From contig AP039706.1 in NCBI GenBank assembly GCA_051599415.1, positions 124,001-188,000 of the forward strand: DNA of 64,000 nt. The letters run 5' to 3'. The position numbers were made by a program, and so were the translations under genes. Numbering within the stretch: the first letter of the stretch is position 1; each line of letters starts with the position of its first letter. This stretch comes from Savitreella phatthalungensis. Taxonomy: Eukaryota. Under the pieces are notes generated by a model. That model was not told the origin of the DNA. It worked only from the letters and a program-made list of their open reading frames with translations, and made no database searches. Positions 62,483-64,000 of this stretch are shown here, in pieces.

Positions 62483-64000
62483 CTTCTCGCTTTTTGATCT
62501 GCAAAATGGCTCGAGAGGTGACAAGTATTGTATCTGAGATGAGTCTTGTGATTCGCCGTCTAGCGTTGATGTCTGAGCCTAGGTCTGAATCTGTTAGATG
62601 TGTCCACACTTGTGACACAGCGTCACAGATCTTACGCTACTGTCCAGCTGACGGATGAGGAAGGTTCGCGGATATTCTGAAGCCGACTTCAGAATTGGTC
62701 GCTGGTGGCAGCAGTGTCGATGTACAGTATAGAGCCCCATGGGACACGGAAAAGCATCAAATGCGTATACTAACTCAGTAACTCTCCTGATTGTATTTTC
62801 AAGAATTCACCAATTTAGATTTAATGAATCAATTGAGCATTGTGCTCTTAGGTCGTTCATTCAATACTACACTTCAATCGGAGACGGGGGAATTGATCAA
62901 AACTCATTTGAAAAATAGAGCGCATGACGTCAGTGCTCCAGATTATGAATGTTTTTATGTCCCATGTGGCGCATCAAACCTACAGTAGTCTCTTGCCAGT
63001 CCTCGGACATCTTAGAATGGTAGCCACATCGAGTACCTACGCAAGCTGAAGGGTCAATCTAGCCCTCTTTTAGTTTGCGTGCAGTTCATTGCCAGCAGGC
63101 ATCTGTGTAGTCAACTGCAAAGAGAGTCTAAGACACACGCACCGACTGCAGGACCTGCTAGCGTCCAAAGAGAGCTCGGCCTATGCTCTGATGCACGCAG
63201 GACTTTCGCTAGATCGGGTTTTTGTCATTGCGTCATTCAAGGTCATTCAGGATCAATCTTATAAAGCTATGGACACCATATAGCCTATGCTTCATGGTGA
63301 TAGCCGAGTAGAATCGCCTGAATGATGTTTGCACGCCTCAGAGGCCCAGATAAGTAAGAGGACTGAAAAGTTGAGAAAGTGCTCATACAGGCACGCAGCG
63401 GATACGCAGGCTACCGTCTCCCAGATTCCAATCTCTCCTGACCTGAGCCGATCGCCTTGATGCCCTACAAAGCACAGACACACGTTTGCCGAGACTGCAA
63501 GCAACTTAGTTTCATGCTTTCACTCTCCCCAGTTTGGGGATCATGCGCCTCGTGCTGTGTTGTTCGCTGTATGTACATGGCAAATAATCAGAGGCCTCCA
63601 GCGAGGCGGTGAAGCTTGCAACCAAACTTCTGGCAGCCATAGGACTGCTGCCAGCTATACTTGCATCCAGATGACTCATCAAAGCTCTAGGCTAAGGGAC
63701 TCTGAGACCGTTCTGAAAGCTGCCCTCCTCGCAGATAAGGCGCGCAGATCAGTGCCATCTCAAATAAATGTAACATATGCTATAGCTGCCTTCTACAGCA
63801 AACCGATATGGCAACGTCTCCCCTGTCGGCGTGCCCTCTGCATGAATTGACTTGGATTGCCTCTCCCGTGCTTTGCTTCTGCTTGCCGTACAGTTCGCCA
63901 ATGGAGATACGCCGACGTCGATTGCTGCGCCGTGCAGAAGATCACTCAAGCTTCTCATTGCTCCTGCCGGTCATCGTGGTCTGCTGATTCAGATGGATCT

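Noticed and set aside
62600..64000. Short ORFs at the right end of the window
   Set aside because: All under 100 aa with no recognisable domain or transposon signature

Overview
A compact, very intron-poor fungal (ascomycete) chromosome segment. The gene content (MutY/myh1, rds1, dsc4-like, csx2-like, folliculin) fits a Taphrinomycotina-like yeast, but the taxon is an inference. About 29 protein-coding genes can be supported, mostly housekeeping: Avt3/4 transporter, kinesin-7, Sdh3, Uba4, Skg3/Caf120, glycogen debrancher, Dsc4-like, Pam17, DAHP synthase, Gpd, uL6m, eIF3j, Rds1, FSH hydrolase, MutY, tropomyosin, BAR-PH-ArfGAP, clathrin heavy chain, Nop15, folliculin, METTL14/Kar4, Fap1/NF-X1, BCAT and eIF3b. 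I found only one intron with confidence. The most unusual item is a single 590-aa ORF (49348-51120) that fuses a Pof1-like NMN adenylyltransferase domain to the eIF2-assembly factor Cdc123, whose DIN motif reads DIS. Other highlights: a Gpd gene with an ATG-less, presequence-like N-terminal extension plus a PTS1-like C-terminus; a SHLD2-like OB-fold gene behind a 38-G run; alternating G/T-rich and C/A-rich blocks inside several CDSs; enrichment of CACGTG E-boxes in intergenic DNA; and a set of decayed paralog fragments at 59.7-61.6 kb that includes a ~480-bp inverted repeat. All family assignments come from motif recognition, not database searches. I found no rRNA, tRNA, CRISPR array or intact transposon.
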